Below are positions 1 through 12,347 of a stretch of 64,000 nucleotides of DNA, in pieces. Positions within the stretch are counted from its first letter, which is position 1. Each line of letters opens with the position of its first letter. The position numbers were made by a program, and so were the translations under genes. The notes beneath the pieces were generated by a model. That model ran no database searches. It was not told the origin of the DNA and saw nothing but the letters and a program-made list of their open reading frames with translations. Origin of the DNA: a bacterium (GTDB lineage: Bacteria > Patescibacteriota > Minisyncoccia > JBBINA01); contig JBBINA010000002.1 in NCBI GenBank assembly GCA_037444125.1, positions 6,272-70,271 on the forward strand, read 5' to 3'.

Positions 1-342
1 TTTGGCCAACAATGAATTGGCTTTATTATTATAAAAAACTTTTAAGACATTTATAACTTTTTGTAAAACTGGCAAATATTCAAAATCCAATAAATCGGTT
101 AAAAATATCCTTTTGCCCAACTCTCCCTTTCTCCCCATCGATTTCCTAAACAAAGTCGAAAAACCAAGTTTTGGCTTGGTTGAAAAAAAAGAAACGCTAA
201 TCCTGTGTTTTACTAAAAGCTCGCCCAATTCTTTTACATATCTTTCGGCTCCACCTTTTAAATAGGAATATTTATTTATAAGCAAAACCTTCATAAAATA
301 AAATAAACTAGAGTTGTTATATTATATAAATATTTTATATAA

Positions 343-1587
343 ATGTCAATATCACACCTCACAATCTTGCTTTCGCTACTAACTTTTAGGTCATTTTTAG
401 ATATATTTTCCGACCTCACAATACTTAGCATTCAAAACGGCAAAATTGAATTAAATTTAAATTCTCTACTGTCTATTATTAGTTTTTTCTTCGGTCTTTA
501 CATCATTTGGTTTAACCGCAATAGCCTAATTGGATTACTAAAAAAACCAACAATTCAATGGCTTTGTCTTGCTATATTTTCGTTTTTAATCTACTCGAGT
601 CTATCTATAATTTTTTCTGAATATCAAATTGAATCCACGAGAGAAATTATTAGACTCTTTTCAACTTATCTTCTTTTTTTTAGCGGACTTCTACTAATCA
701 ATTCTGAAAAAAAATTTCTTTATACTATTAGTTTCATATTAATAAGTTCGGCGGTACCTTTTATGTTTTCTCTATATCAAATTGTTACCAATGATCAAAA
801 ATATGAATCGCGAATTTATGGCACTTTTTTTCATCCTAATCCTTTTGCTTTCTATCTTTTTCTGCTTCTTGCTTTAGGTATATCTTTATTTTTTTCTAGC
901 CATAAATCTATTGAACATCATAAAAAAACCCTGCTTTGGTTTCTAATAGTAATTTTAGGCTTAATTTTCTTTACTCAAACACGAAGTATCTGGTTTGCCA
1001 CTGGTTTATTTATACTCTTAATCGGTATACTTAAAAATTATAAGGTTTTCTTTATAACTATTTTGCTGGGCTGCCTGCTAGTAATCTTTCAAGCTGTTTT
1101 TGAAGGGTCAACTATCGAAAGCCGCGTTTTTGACATACTTTATAATCCTTTTAATTCGCTTATCTGGCGTTTGGAAATTTGGCAAGACGCTTTCAATTTG
1201 GCGCGCGAAAAATTTATATTCGGTTATGGCTTAAATACGGCTTCATCTAAACTAGAATATTTAAGAGGCATTGCATTAGGTTCAACTGAAATTCATAATG
1301 ATTATTTAAAAGTATTTTTTGAACTTGGCATCATCGGCTTATTTCTTTATCTTTTGATATTTATTTTACTTTTACGCTCGCTGGTTCAACCTCAAGTCGA
1401 TTATAATAAAAAATTAGTTTTCGGTATTTTTATTGGTATTATTCTTGTAATTTCTTTTTTTGATAATGTGCTTCGCGTAACTGCCTTTCAATACATTCTG
1501 TGGACTATACTGGGAGGTATTTTAGGGGCTTCATTTAATAAAATCAATAAACAAAAAGTCCCTACAACTGACATTAGTCAATCATAG
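343..1587 (+). CDS. O-antigen ligase/polymerase family membrane protein (Wzy_C-like)
   Basis: Polytopic membrane protein with a HNDYLKVFFELGIIGL segment typical of the O-antigen ligase/Wzy_C family. Sits beside Wzz-like and GT4 genes. Confidence 0.55.
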   Translation: MSISHLTILLSLLTFRSFLDIFSDLTILSIQNGKIELNLNSLLSIISFFFGLYIIWFNRNSLIGLLKKPTIQWLCLAIFSFLIYSSLSIIFSEYQIESTREIIRLFSTYLLFFSGLLLINSEKKFLYTISFILISSAVPFMFSLYQIVTNDQKYESRIYGTFFHPNPFAFYLFLLLALGISLFFSSHKSIEHHKKTLLWFLIVILGLIFFTQTRSIWFATGLFILLIGILKNYKVFFITILLGCLLVIFQAVFEGSTIESRVFDILYNPFNSLIWRLEIWQDAFNLAREKFIFGYGLNTASSKLEYLRGIALGSTEIHNDYLKVFFELGIIGLFLYLLIFILLLRSLVQPQVDYNKKLVFGIFIGIILVISFFDNVLRVTAFQYILWTILGGILGASFNKINKQKVPTTDISQS

Positions 1588-1599
1588 GGACTCCTATAA

Positions 1600-2304
1600 C
1601 TATAAGTAGGACCGCGCACTCTTATGCGGCGGCGGTATCATAGTTGAGCGCACTCGCGGTAACTTTACAGAGCCGACAGGCACTACATCTAAATCTTCTG
1701 CCTCCATAACCAACTCATAACCCCACTTCCCGTCTTGATCAAGGAACGGTAAACCGATTTTTTGAGATTCAATAGCTACGCAACCAAACAACTTATCAAC
1801 CTGATGCCCAGCAACCCGCCTTACCGCCGGATCCCAAAACTCAATCCAAAAGCGATCCCTGAACGACCCCTCAGGTAAAAACAATAATGATCGTAACGGC
1901 TCAGGGGTCATCTGACGCATCTGCTCAATCTGCCCTACCGCAAAGGGGTTGTGGTAGGTGAAAACAACATCCCCGAACCACTCCCTCGTGTAATAATAAT
2001 ATCCCCAGGAAAGCACTGAATTTGCTTCCCCGAGAACATTCCACTTCCAGAAACTTCTTAAAACAACGACCGTGCCATCAAGCACCGACAAGTCGCTATA
2101 AATAACTTCTCGGCCGCTCGGATCCGGAACCTCAACCGCACATCTTACTGAAACGTTGATACGCACTACCTCGTCTATTAATGCCACACGAATATTGGCA
2201 TCGCCCAACTCGTCCTTCACATCAAAGCCGAAAACGAAAACCGATCCGCCCAAGAAAATCACTAACAATATCGATAAAACAAAAAACTTCTTGCCGGGGG
2301 TCAT
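1600..2304 (-). CDS. hypothetical secreted protein, compositionally foreign (GC-rich)
   Basis: Local GC is about 50-57% against about 30% background. True start is probably the ATG giving MTPGKK, preceded by AAAGGAGGTG 7 nt upstream. The N-terminus has a signal-peptide-like hydrophobic segment. No family recognised. Confidence 0.5.
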   Translation of the reverse strand: MTPGKKFFVLSILLVIFLGGSVFVFGFDVKDELGDANIRVALIDEVVRINVSVRCAVEVPDPSGREVIYSDLSVLDGTVVVLRSFWKWNVLGEANSVLSWGYYYYTREWFGDVVFTYHNPFAVGQIEQMRQMTPEPLRSLLFLPEGSFRDRFWIEFWDPAVRRVAGHQVDKLFGCVAIESQKIGLPFLDQDGKWGYELVMEAEDLDVVPVGSVKLPRVRSTMIPPPHKSARSYL

Positions 2305-2351
2305 TTTGACCCACCTCCTTTTCAAATTAAAATGAACTTTCTGCCTGCTTT

Positions 2352-2382
2352 CTAATCACTTTTTAAGTTAAAAAGTGATTAG
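2352..2382. terminator. perfect 13-bp stem / 5-nt loop hairpin (ctaatcacttttt-aagtt-aaaaagtgattag) downstream of the Wzz-like gene
   Basis: Palindrome read directly from the sequence. It lacks a clear T-run, so it may be a terminator or a processing/regulatory hairpin. Confidence 0.35.
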
Positions 2383-2392
2383 GTAGCGGGCT

Positions 2393-3013
2393 TTATATTA
2401 ACTTCACTTTCATTGACATTAAACTTTCTTTTTCCCGCTTTACAATACTATAAAAACTGACAAAAATCAAGAGAAAAAATATACCAGCGGCTATATAATT
2501 AAAAAACTTATGCTTAATAGTAATATACGGCGGGTCTATTGGTTCTATTTTTAAATTATCTTCTTTACCATGATATTTGGAAAAATTTTCTTTTAAAGCA
2601 TACAAAACAGCACTGTTTAAAGCCAAAGAATCAAAATCATTTCTATCTTTAGTGGTAATTTTTATAATGCCGGTAAAAGGCACTACAGAAACCTTAACTT
2701 TTTTTCGCCAATTAGTCATCCTTACTTCCGGGTTATTATATTCACTTTCCTGCAAACGGAAAGGCAACGAGTAAACTGTATTAATAAAAAATTGGGTGTA
2801 AATTATTTCCTTGACTAAACGAACTAATACTTCTTGAGATTTTACCAATGAGTAAGCATCGATTTCCTTGTTCTTCTGGATAATAATAATTTTACTTTCA
2901 GCCACATGATCAAATCCTGACATCAAAGAAATAGCTATGCCAATCATAAAACCAGATATTGAAACCAAAAATATTCGCAACCAGTTATTTTTTATGAATT
3001 GCATTAAATCCAC
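2393..3013 (-). CDS. Wzz-like polysaccharide chain-length determinant (PCP) family protein
   Basis: TM helix at the N-terminus and at the C-terminus with a soluble domain between. Short PCP-like architecture next to Wzy-like and GT genes. Confidence 0.4.
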   Translation of the reverse strand: MDLMQFIKNNWLRIFLVSISGFMIGIAISLMSGFDHVAESKIIIIQKNKEIDAYSLVKSQEVLVRLVKEIIYTQFFINTVYSLPFRLQESEYNNPEVRMTNWRKKVKVSVVPFTGIIKITTKDRNDFDSLALNSAVLYALKENFSKYHGKEDNLKIEPIDPPYITIKHKFFNYIAAGIFFLLIFVSFYSIVKREKESLMSMKVKLI

Positions 3014-3044
3014 GATAGTTTGCTAAAATATTAGATTATGTTTA

Positions 3045-3073
3045 TTGACAATTAAAATGTATTCTAGTATAAT
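3045..3073 (+). promoter_or_regulatory. sigma70-like promoter TTGACA-N17-TATAAT upstream of the GT4 gene
   Basis: Exact consensus hexamers with a 17-nt spacer, about 130 nt upstream of the 3203 start. Confidence 0.5.
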
Positions 3074-3202
3074 GTAATCAATTCCTAAATAATATAGCAT
3101 ATTACACTAAAAATGTCAATAGACAAATTGACTTGTGAAAGTAAAAATATAATATACTTAGGATTTCTAACTCATTCATAACCATTAAAATAGTATGATA
3201 AT

Positions 3203-4324
3203 ATGATAATCGTCGGACAAAAATCAAATAATCAAATTTATGGAGGTGTCGAAAAGTATGTCTTCGAACTATCAAATTTTCTAGCACGCCATAAAGAACC
3301 AGTTACTCTACTTAATCGCAAGGGTTATCTTGCTATCAAACCAACAAGTCGAAATATTAAATTTATACAGGTACCAACAATACACTCTAAATACCTTGAT
3401 GGCCCAATCTATTCTTTCCTATCTGCCTTCTATTGTATTGGTATTAACGACAAAATTATAAATGTCCAAGGTATTGGCCCGGCATTTTTTTTACCCTTAT
3501 TTAAAATACTAAATCCATCTAAAAAAATAATTTTTACTTTTCATTGCCGTGATTATTTCCAGGAAAAATGGTCATCATTAGGAAAAATATTTCTAAAAGC
3601 CGGAGAATATCTAGGTTGCAAATTAAGTGATTATGTAATAACTGTCTCAAGCAATCTAGCCAATTATGTAAAAAACAAGTATGGCATAAAGCCAATAGTC
3701 ATTAAAAACGCTCTTGAGCTTAAATTAATATATTCCACAAAAAACAACCCTTCATTGTTCAAAAAATTAAAAATTGAAAAATATAAATACTTTCTAGTTA
3801 TTTCGCGCTTAGTGAAACACAAAAACATAGAAATTATTTTAAAACAATTTGCTACCCAAAAAATGAGCCCAAAAAGAAACTTTAAGCTAGTAATTGTCGG
3901 GGACGAAAAATACGAAAACCAATATAAGGCTTACCTTAAAAATCTTGTCATTGAATCAAATGCAAAAGATAAAATAATTTTCACGGGCAAACTAAAAGGC
4001 AACTATATCTATAAACTAATAAAATATGCACGGGGTATTTTAAGCGCCTCTTCTTATGAGGGATTATCTTATGCCTTAATTGAAGCTGCCGCCTTCGGTA
4101 AACCGATTTTATGCCGCTCTCTTCCTTCAAATAAAGAAATATTAGACAAGTATGGATATTATTTTAACAAAAATAAACGCAGTTTTATCTTACAAGTAAA
4201 TTCATTTATAAAAAATTGCCTTAAAAAAAACGCGGTCAATAAATCACTTGTAAACCGTATAAAAAAATTCTTCAATGCTGACAAAAACTTCCAAAAAATC
4301 TTGGAAATATTAAATAACCTATAA
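3203..4324 (+). CDS. glycosyltransferase family 4 (GT-B, GT1 superfamily)
   Basis: C-terminal EGLSYALIEAAAFGKPIL matches the E-x7-E motif of retaining GT4 enzymes. Confidence 0.7.
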   Translation: MIIVGQKSNNQIYGGVEKYVFELSNFLARHKEPVTLLNRKGYLAIKPTSRNIKFIQVPTIHSKYLDGPIYSFLSAFYCIGINDKIINVQGIGPAFFLPLFKILNPSKKIIFTFHCRDYFQEKWSSLGKIFLKAGEYLGCKLSDYVITVSSNLANYVKNKYGIKPIVIKNALELKLIYSTKNNPSLFKKLKIEKYKYFLVISRLVKHKNIEIILKQFATQKMSPKRNFKLVIVGDEKYENQYKAYLKNLVIESNAKDKIIFTGKLKGNYIYKLIKYARGILSASSYEGLSYALIEAAAFGKPILCRSLPSNKEILDKYGYYFNKNKRSFILQVNSFIKNCLKKNAVNKSLVNRIKKFFNADKNFQKILEILNNL

Positions 4325-4337
4325 CCACTTTTCCCTC

Positions 4338-4365
4338 TTGACTTCAGTTAAAAATTGTCTATAAT
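4338..4365 (+). promoter_or_regulatory. candidate rRNA promoter TTGACT-N16-TATAAT
   Basis: Consensus-like hexamers about 155 nt upstream of the 23S 5-prime processing stem. Confidence 0.4.
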
Positions 4366-4519
4366 GACTGTAGAAAATGAATATTTTAATTATACATAAA
4401 ACTAGAAGTGCAAGCGGGTAGCTTATAATTGAATTTATATTCATTTTCTAAAACCGCTTGTATCAGGCGGTTTTTAAGGTTCTCTATATTCTAAAAAAAA
4501 CGATTTCGTCTATAAATGA

Positions 4520-7604
<3,085 letters not shown>

Positions 7605-7647
7605 CCTTTTATAGACTAAATCAATTTTTTAAAAAAAATAATCAAAA

Positions 7648-7764
7648 GCCCCTTGGTAACAATACTGAAGAGGAAACGCTCCTTCTCATCCCGAACAGGA
7701 AAGCTAAGCTCTTCAAGGCCGATGATACTCGTTTAACGGGGAAAGTAGGTAATTGCCAAGGGGC
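7648..7764 (+). rRNA. rrf: 5S ribosomal RNA
   Basis: Terminal helix gccccttggtaa...ttgccaaggggc and an internal ccgaacagg...gatgatactcg pattern typical of 5S. Followed by a T-run. Confidence 0.85.
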
Positions 7765-7770
7765 TTTTTG

Positions 7771-9516
7771 TTATTTATCCGGACCAACACCATAATAATA
7801 AAAAAGGTATTCATATATCTCTCGTAAAGCTGGCACTACTGTTTCTTCGGCAAAACGAGCATTTTTAGGTTTATCCAATCGTATAAAAATAAGAAATTTA
7901 GGATCCTGATAAGGGGCAAATGATACAACGCTATGAATAAAATCTTCAGAGTAACCCTTTTTATCCTTTAAAGGTATTTGTGCTGTGCCAGTTTTAGCTC
8001 CTATGTTGTAACCGGCTATTTTTGTTCTCCGTGCTGTGCCATTTTCCACTGTTTCAATCATCAAATCTTTAATCAAATTCCTTGAATAATCATCTAAAAC
8101 CATTCTTAAAACCTGTGGCTTAGCTTCATAAATAACTTTATCGCCTATAAGTATTTTTTTTAAAAAATACGGCTTCAAAAGTTTACCTCCGTTAATTAAA
8201 CTCGAAGCCGCTGTCATAAATCTTATAGGCGTCACACTTACACCTTGCCCGAATGAAGAAACAAATTTATCAATTTCGCGATTAGAATAAACATTAATAA
8301 ATGAACCCTTAGCTTCATAAGGAATATCTATGCCCGTTAACTCAGACAAACCAAAATTCTCTAAACCCTTAATATATTCTTCATCAGATAATTTTTCAAC
8401 GATATAAACAACACCTGTATTAATAGACTTAATTAGGGCTTCCTTAAGTGGTATGTGGCCATACACCTTCTCCGCAGCATTTTTAATGATATAACTGCCT
8501 GATTTAACAAATCCTTTATCAACATACCATTCATCAGGAGTTATTTTTTTAAAAAAATATCCCAAAGCGAAAGTAAAAATTTTAAATATTGAACCCGGTT
8601 CAAAAGTATTTGAGATTAATGGATTTAAAAATAGTCTATAATCGCTTACTTCGTAATAACGATTTGGGTCAAATGAAGGCTGAGTTGATAAAGCAAGAAT
8701 AGCACCGCTATTAGGATCCATAATGGCAATAATGCCCAGTTCTGCTTTAAATTTCTTCATATAATTAGCCAATATCTCGTCGGTCTTAAAATTTAAATTC
8801 GGTTCAATAGTCAAAATTAATTTAATTTCCTCATTAATTAATGGCTTATTGACGCCGAACAAACGCAACGCTCTATTCACAACATCATTACTACCATTAC
8901 TACCGTCAAGATTGCCTATGTTGCCTTTTAAATAATCATCGTAAAATTGCTCTATGCCATATATACCTTCCTTTTCCTTACCTCTAAAACCATAATAACC
9001 AAGCAGTTGAGCTAGTTTTTCTCCAAGAGGATAATAGCGGTCATAGTAAGTAGTTAAGTATAAACCTTTAAGCTTAGCTTCTTTTATTTTAGTTATAATA
9101 GGATCGTCATTTTCTAATTTTGGTAATAAATTAACAAAATATGTATCTTTTTTTTCAACTTTATCTCTAACTTTATCTATTAATGCCGCGGCTTCATTAT
9201 TATCTTTATTCTTAGCTTCATAATACGAAAATATAATCTGCTGAATCTTATTAAGCTCATCTTCCTGAATTAAATGCGGATTAAGTGCAACATTGTAATA
9301 CAATTTATTTATAGCTACAGGATATAATGACTGATTATTTTTGTCCTCAAGGTATATCTCGCTTCTTTTATCTACTCCCCTAACTTCCCTATTAACCGCA
9401 GCTTTTGCTGGCTCCTGTTTGTTATATAAAACAACGGCAAAATAAAAAACTCGCCATAATATGGCAAGCCCAAGCAAAACTACTATAAATTGAAGAAACC
9501 CTATTTTTCTAGTCAT
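7771..9516 (-). CDS. ftsI: penicillin-binding protein 2 / FtsI-type transpeptidase
   Basis: N-terminal TM anchor. SxxK (GSIFK) and KTG (KTGTA) motifs are present. Position in the dcw cluster after ftsL. Confidence 0.85.
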   Translation of the reverse strand: MTRKIGFLQFIVVLLGLAILWRVFYFAVVLYNKQEPAKAAVNREVRGVDKRSEIYLEDKNNQSLYPVAINKLYYNVALNPHLIQEDELNKIQQIIFSYYEAKNKDNNEAAALIDKVRDKVEKKDTYFVNLLPKLENDDPIITKIKEAKLKGLYLTTYYDRYYPLGEKLAQLLGYYGFRGKEKEGIYGIEQFYDDYLKGNIGNLDGSNGSNDVVNRALRLFGVNKPLINEEIKLILTIEPNLNFKTDEILANYMKKFKAELGIIAIMDPNSGAILALSTQPSFDPNRYYEVSDYRLFLNPLISNTFEPGSIFKIFTFALGYFFKKITPDEWYVDKGFVKSGSYIIKNAAEKVYGHIPLKEALIKSINTGVVYIVEKLSDEEYIKGLENFGLSELTGIDIPYEAKGSFINVYSNREIDKFVSSFGQGVSVTPIRFMTAASSLINGGKLLKPYFLKKILIGDKVIYEAKPQVLRMVLDDYSRNLIKDLMIETVENGTARRTKIAGYNIGAKTGTAQIPLKDKKGYSEDFIHSVVSFAPYQDPKFLIFIRLDKPKNARFAEETVVPALREIYEYLFYYYGVGPDK

Positions 9517-9526
9517 AGCAATACCA

Positions 9527-9823
9527 CTATTCGGATTTAAAACTATTTCCTAACAATGAAATGCCTTTTCTTATGGTTACAAATTCAATTTTATCGCTTT
9601 TAACTAAATGTGTTCCCAAAGTAGCGAAATATTTTTCTTTCTCCTGTAAATACTTAAAATTAAGTGTTTTGTTTTGCAAACTTAAACCTTCTAAATTAGC
9701 CTTAAGCTCTTTAATCTTATAATTCAAATCTATTACTGATAAATTGAGAAAAACTTGGAAAACGAACATTAATCCCAGAATACCAGCTAAAAACAAATTA
9801 ACAATTTTAAAGTCAAACTTCAT
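9527..9823 (-). CDS. FtsL/FtsB-like cell division protein
   Basis: 98-aa bitopic protein with TM plus coiled coil. Lies between rsmH and ftsI. Confidence 0.45.
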   Translation of the reverse strand: MKFDFKIVNLFLAGILGLMFVFQVFLNLSVIDLNYKIKELKANLEGLSLQNKTLNFKYLQEKEKYFATLGTHLVKSDKIEFVTIRKGISLLGNSFKSE

Positions 9824-9892
9824 AAAACCCCCGCAAATTTATTAAGGAATCAGGGACAAATGATTTATAAAAAAATCAATTGTCTCTGACGC

Positions 9893-10813
9893 CTAATGGC
9901 TATCTTTAGCAAAGGCGCGTAGTTTTGCGGACCTAGCTGAAGGATTATTTTTTACTTCTTCTTTTGTCGGACGAACTGCCTTAAAAGTAATAACTTTTCC
10001 TTTTTTACTTTTCTGAAAAGCTTTAAAAGTGTATTTTACTAATCTGTCTTCTAATGAGTGGTATGAAACAATTACAAAACGACCTTGCGGTTCGAGAATT
10101 TGAATACCAGCATTTAAAACCCGCCTTAAATTATCCAACTCGGAATTAGCTTCAATTCTCAATGCCTGAAAAACTTTGGTCAAATAATTTATTTTTTTGT
10201 TTCGGTAAAATTTTTCTAAAGGCTTTAGAACTGCAGCCAACTGGCCTGTGGTAACTATTTTTTCCTGTCGCCGACTTTTAGCCACTAAACCCGCCGCCAA
10301 TCTTGAATGCCTTTCTTCGCCATACTCACGAAAAATTTGCTCTAAACCATCGACAGGATAATAATTCAGAATTTCATAAGCCGGCTTACCATAATTACCA
10401 TATCGCAAATCAATTATTTCATCTTTTTTAAAAGAGAATCCTCTACCTGACTTTTCAAGCAAAAAACGAGATATCCCCAAATCTATATAAACTCCAAAAA
10501 TCTTAATATCAGATAAAACTTGCCTTAATTCTTCAATAACTTCCCTGACTTCCGCGAAGTTACGATTTATATATATTACTCTTTGGCCAAATCTTTCAAG
10601 CCTTTTTTGGGCAACAAACAAAACCTTCTCATTCAAATCAAAAGCAACCACTCTACCTTGAGGACCATTTCGAGTTAAAACTTCATAAGCAAAACTACCT
10701 TCACCCAAAGTACAATCAAGATAATCTAAATTCTGCTGAACATTAAGGTAGAATAACGATTCTTTTAAAAGAACTGGGGTGTGAATAATATTGTCGTAAT
10801 TGCCATCGGTCAT
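9893..10813 (-). CDS. rsmH: 16S rRNA (cytosine1402-N4)-methyltransferase RsmH (MraW)
   Basis: N-terminal HTPVLL...LDCTLGEGS is MraW-like. Conserved dcw position. Confidence 0.85.
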   Translation of the reverse strand: MTDGNYDNIIHTPVLLKESLFYLNVQQNLDYLDCTLGEGSFAYEVLTRNGPQGRVVAFDLNEKVLFVAQKRLERFGQRVIYINRNFAEVREVIEELRQVLSDIKIFGVYIDLGISRFLLEKSGRGFSFKKDEIIDLRYGNYGKPAYEILNYYPVDGLEQIFREYGEERHSRLAAGLVAKSRRQEKIVTTGQLAAVLKPLEKFYRNKKINYLTKVFQALRIEANSELDNLRRVLNAGIQILEPQGRFVIVSYHSLEDRLVKYTFKAFQKSKKGKVITFKAVRPTKEEVKNNPSARSAKLRAFAKDSH

Positions 10814-10818
10814 TTTCG

Positions 10819-10876
10819 CTTCCCGTAGCCTGCATAAAAGTAATCTCTCTGGCTACGGCCTGTAGACTGCGGGAAG
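10819..10876 (-). other. GC-rich nested stem-loop element filling the mraZ-rsmH intergenic region
   Basis: Outer stem cttcccg/cgggaag and inner stem tagcc/ggcta read from the sequence. Unusually GC-rich in an AT-rich genome. Confidence 0.3.
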
Positions 10877-10901
10877 AAAAAATGTTTAATTTTTTTAAAT
10901 T

Positions 10902-11339
10902 TTAGAGTCCAATATTAGGTAAGCTTTGGGAAATTTTATCCATTGTCTTACCGAAATTCTTTTTATAATCGTTCCAAACCAACTCTTGCCAAACTTCAAT
11001 TTTATTATTAACACCAATAAAAATAACATTATCGCCGTTTTTAATGTTTGTCTGCTGTCTTAAATATTCAGGCAATAAAATGCGACCCTGACTATCAAGA
11101 TCGCCATCAAAAGCACTAGAAAGAAGCATCCTCTGAAAAATCCTCGTTTCCTGCTGATTAGTAGGTAAAGACGATAATGAATTTAACACTTTTTGCCATT
11201 CTTGCTTTGTATAAATAACTAAACAACCATCAAATCCTCTGGTTATAATAATTCCATCGATTAAATAAGGTCTAAATTTCGACGGTATGGCTACGCGGCC
11301 TTTATTATCAATTTTGTATAAAAATTCTCCGAAAAACAT
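10902..11339 (-). CDS. mraZ: transcriptional regulator MraZ
   Basis: 145 aa. N-terminal FGEFLYKIDNKGRVAIPSKFR is the MraZ signature. First gene of the dcw cluster. Confidence 0.85.
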   Translation of the reverse strand: MFFGEFLYKIDNKGRVAIPSKFRPYLIDGIIITRGFDGCLVIYTKQEWQKVLNSLSSLPTNQQETRIFQRMLLSSAFDGDLDSQGRILLPEYLRQQTNIKNGDNVIFIGVNNKIEVWQELVWNDYKKNFGKTMDKISQSLPNIGL

Positions 11340-11368
11340 TAGAAAATCTTATGAGTTTATAGGCTGGT

Positions 11369-11438
11369 TTAAGTTATCCACTATCTAATTATTTTTTCCC
11401 CATTTTTATCCACTATTCCCCACTTATTGACCATTCTA
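11369..11438 (-). promoter_or_regulatory. three CCACTAT (coding strand ATAGTGG) direct repeats at about 31-32 bp spacing upstream of mraZ, with a fourth at 11565; candidate MraZ boxes
   Basis: The repeats are visible directly. MraZ is known to bind GTGG-containing direct repeats in its own promoter. Confidence 0.3.
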
Positions 11439-11606
11439 AACCACTATACTTATATGTCAATAATTTAAAAACATTTATTAAAAAATTTAAAAAGCCAGCA
11501 CTCTAATAAGTTCTCTGGAGCTTGTTTTTTAAATTTCGTTCGATTTATTTTCGGTATTTTTTCGCCACTATCATTTTCACCTGTTTTCCACAACCCTATT
11601 ATTTAA

Positions 11607-12347
11607 CTATTTACCAAACCTTCTCTCTCTATTGGCGTACTCCTTAATTGCTTTGATAAACTCCGCTGGCTTAAAATCAGGCCATAATGTTTCAGTAAAA
11701 AAAAGTTGAGCATAGCGCATATGCCACATCATAAAACCAGTGGAAAGATGAGGCTCGCCGCCTGTTCTAATCAATAAATCAATATCGGGCAATTCACCAG
11801 TCAATAAGTGCTTGCGCAGTGATTCTTCTTTAAAATGCGGATTAACTGGCTCGCGACTTATTAAAATCTTCTTGATAGCTTCAAGCATTTCAACATCTCC
11901 GTTATAACCCATAAGAAAAGTTAAATTATATTTTGAAAAACTTTTTGTTTGCTTTTCAACCTCTTCAAATATTTTTTTAAGAGAGCCTGAGACAATTTCC
12001 CGCCAAAAACCAATAATACGGATTCTAACTTCTTCTTTATGAATTCTGGGATTATTTCTTAGTTCAATAAATTTACTTTCAAATAACTTAAATAAATAAT
12101 CAACTTCTCTTTTAGACCTTTTGCGCAAATTATCTAAAGATGCAATCCAAAAAGAAAAATATTTAATATTAAACTTGTAAGCGGTTTCTAAAATCTTTTC
12201 CAAGGCTTTTGCCCCATATAAATGCCCTTGGTATGGCTGAAAACCTCTTTTTACCGCCCAACGCCTGTTGCCATCTGGAATAATAGCAACATGTTGGGGA
12301 ACTATAGATATACCAGTATTATTAGCATTATCCTGATGAACTTTCAT
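11607..12347 (-). CDS. uppS: undecaprenyl diphosphate synthase (isoprenyl transferase)
   Basis: VAIIPDGNRRWA motif and overall cis-IPPS pattern. Confidence 0.9.
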   Translation of the reverse strand: MKVHQDNANNTGISIVPQHVAIIPDGNRRWAVKRGFQPYQGHLYGAKALEKILETAYKFNIKYFSFWIASLDNLRKRSKREVDYLFKLFESKFIELRNNPRIHKEEVRIRIIGFWREIVSGSLKKIFEEVEKQTKSFSKYNLTFLMGYNGDVEMLEAIKKILISREPVNPHFKEESLRKHLLTGELPDIDLLIRTGGEPHLSTGFMMWHMRYAQLFFTETLWPDFKPAEFIKAIKEYANRERRFGK

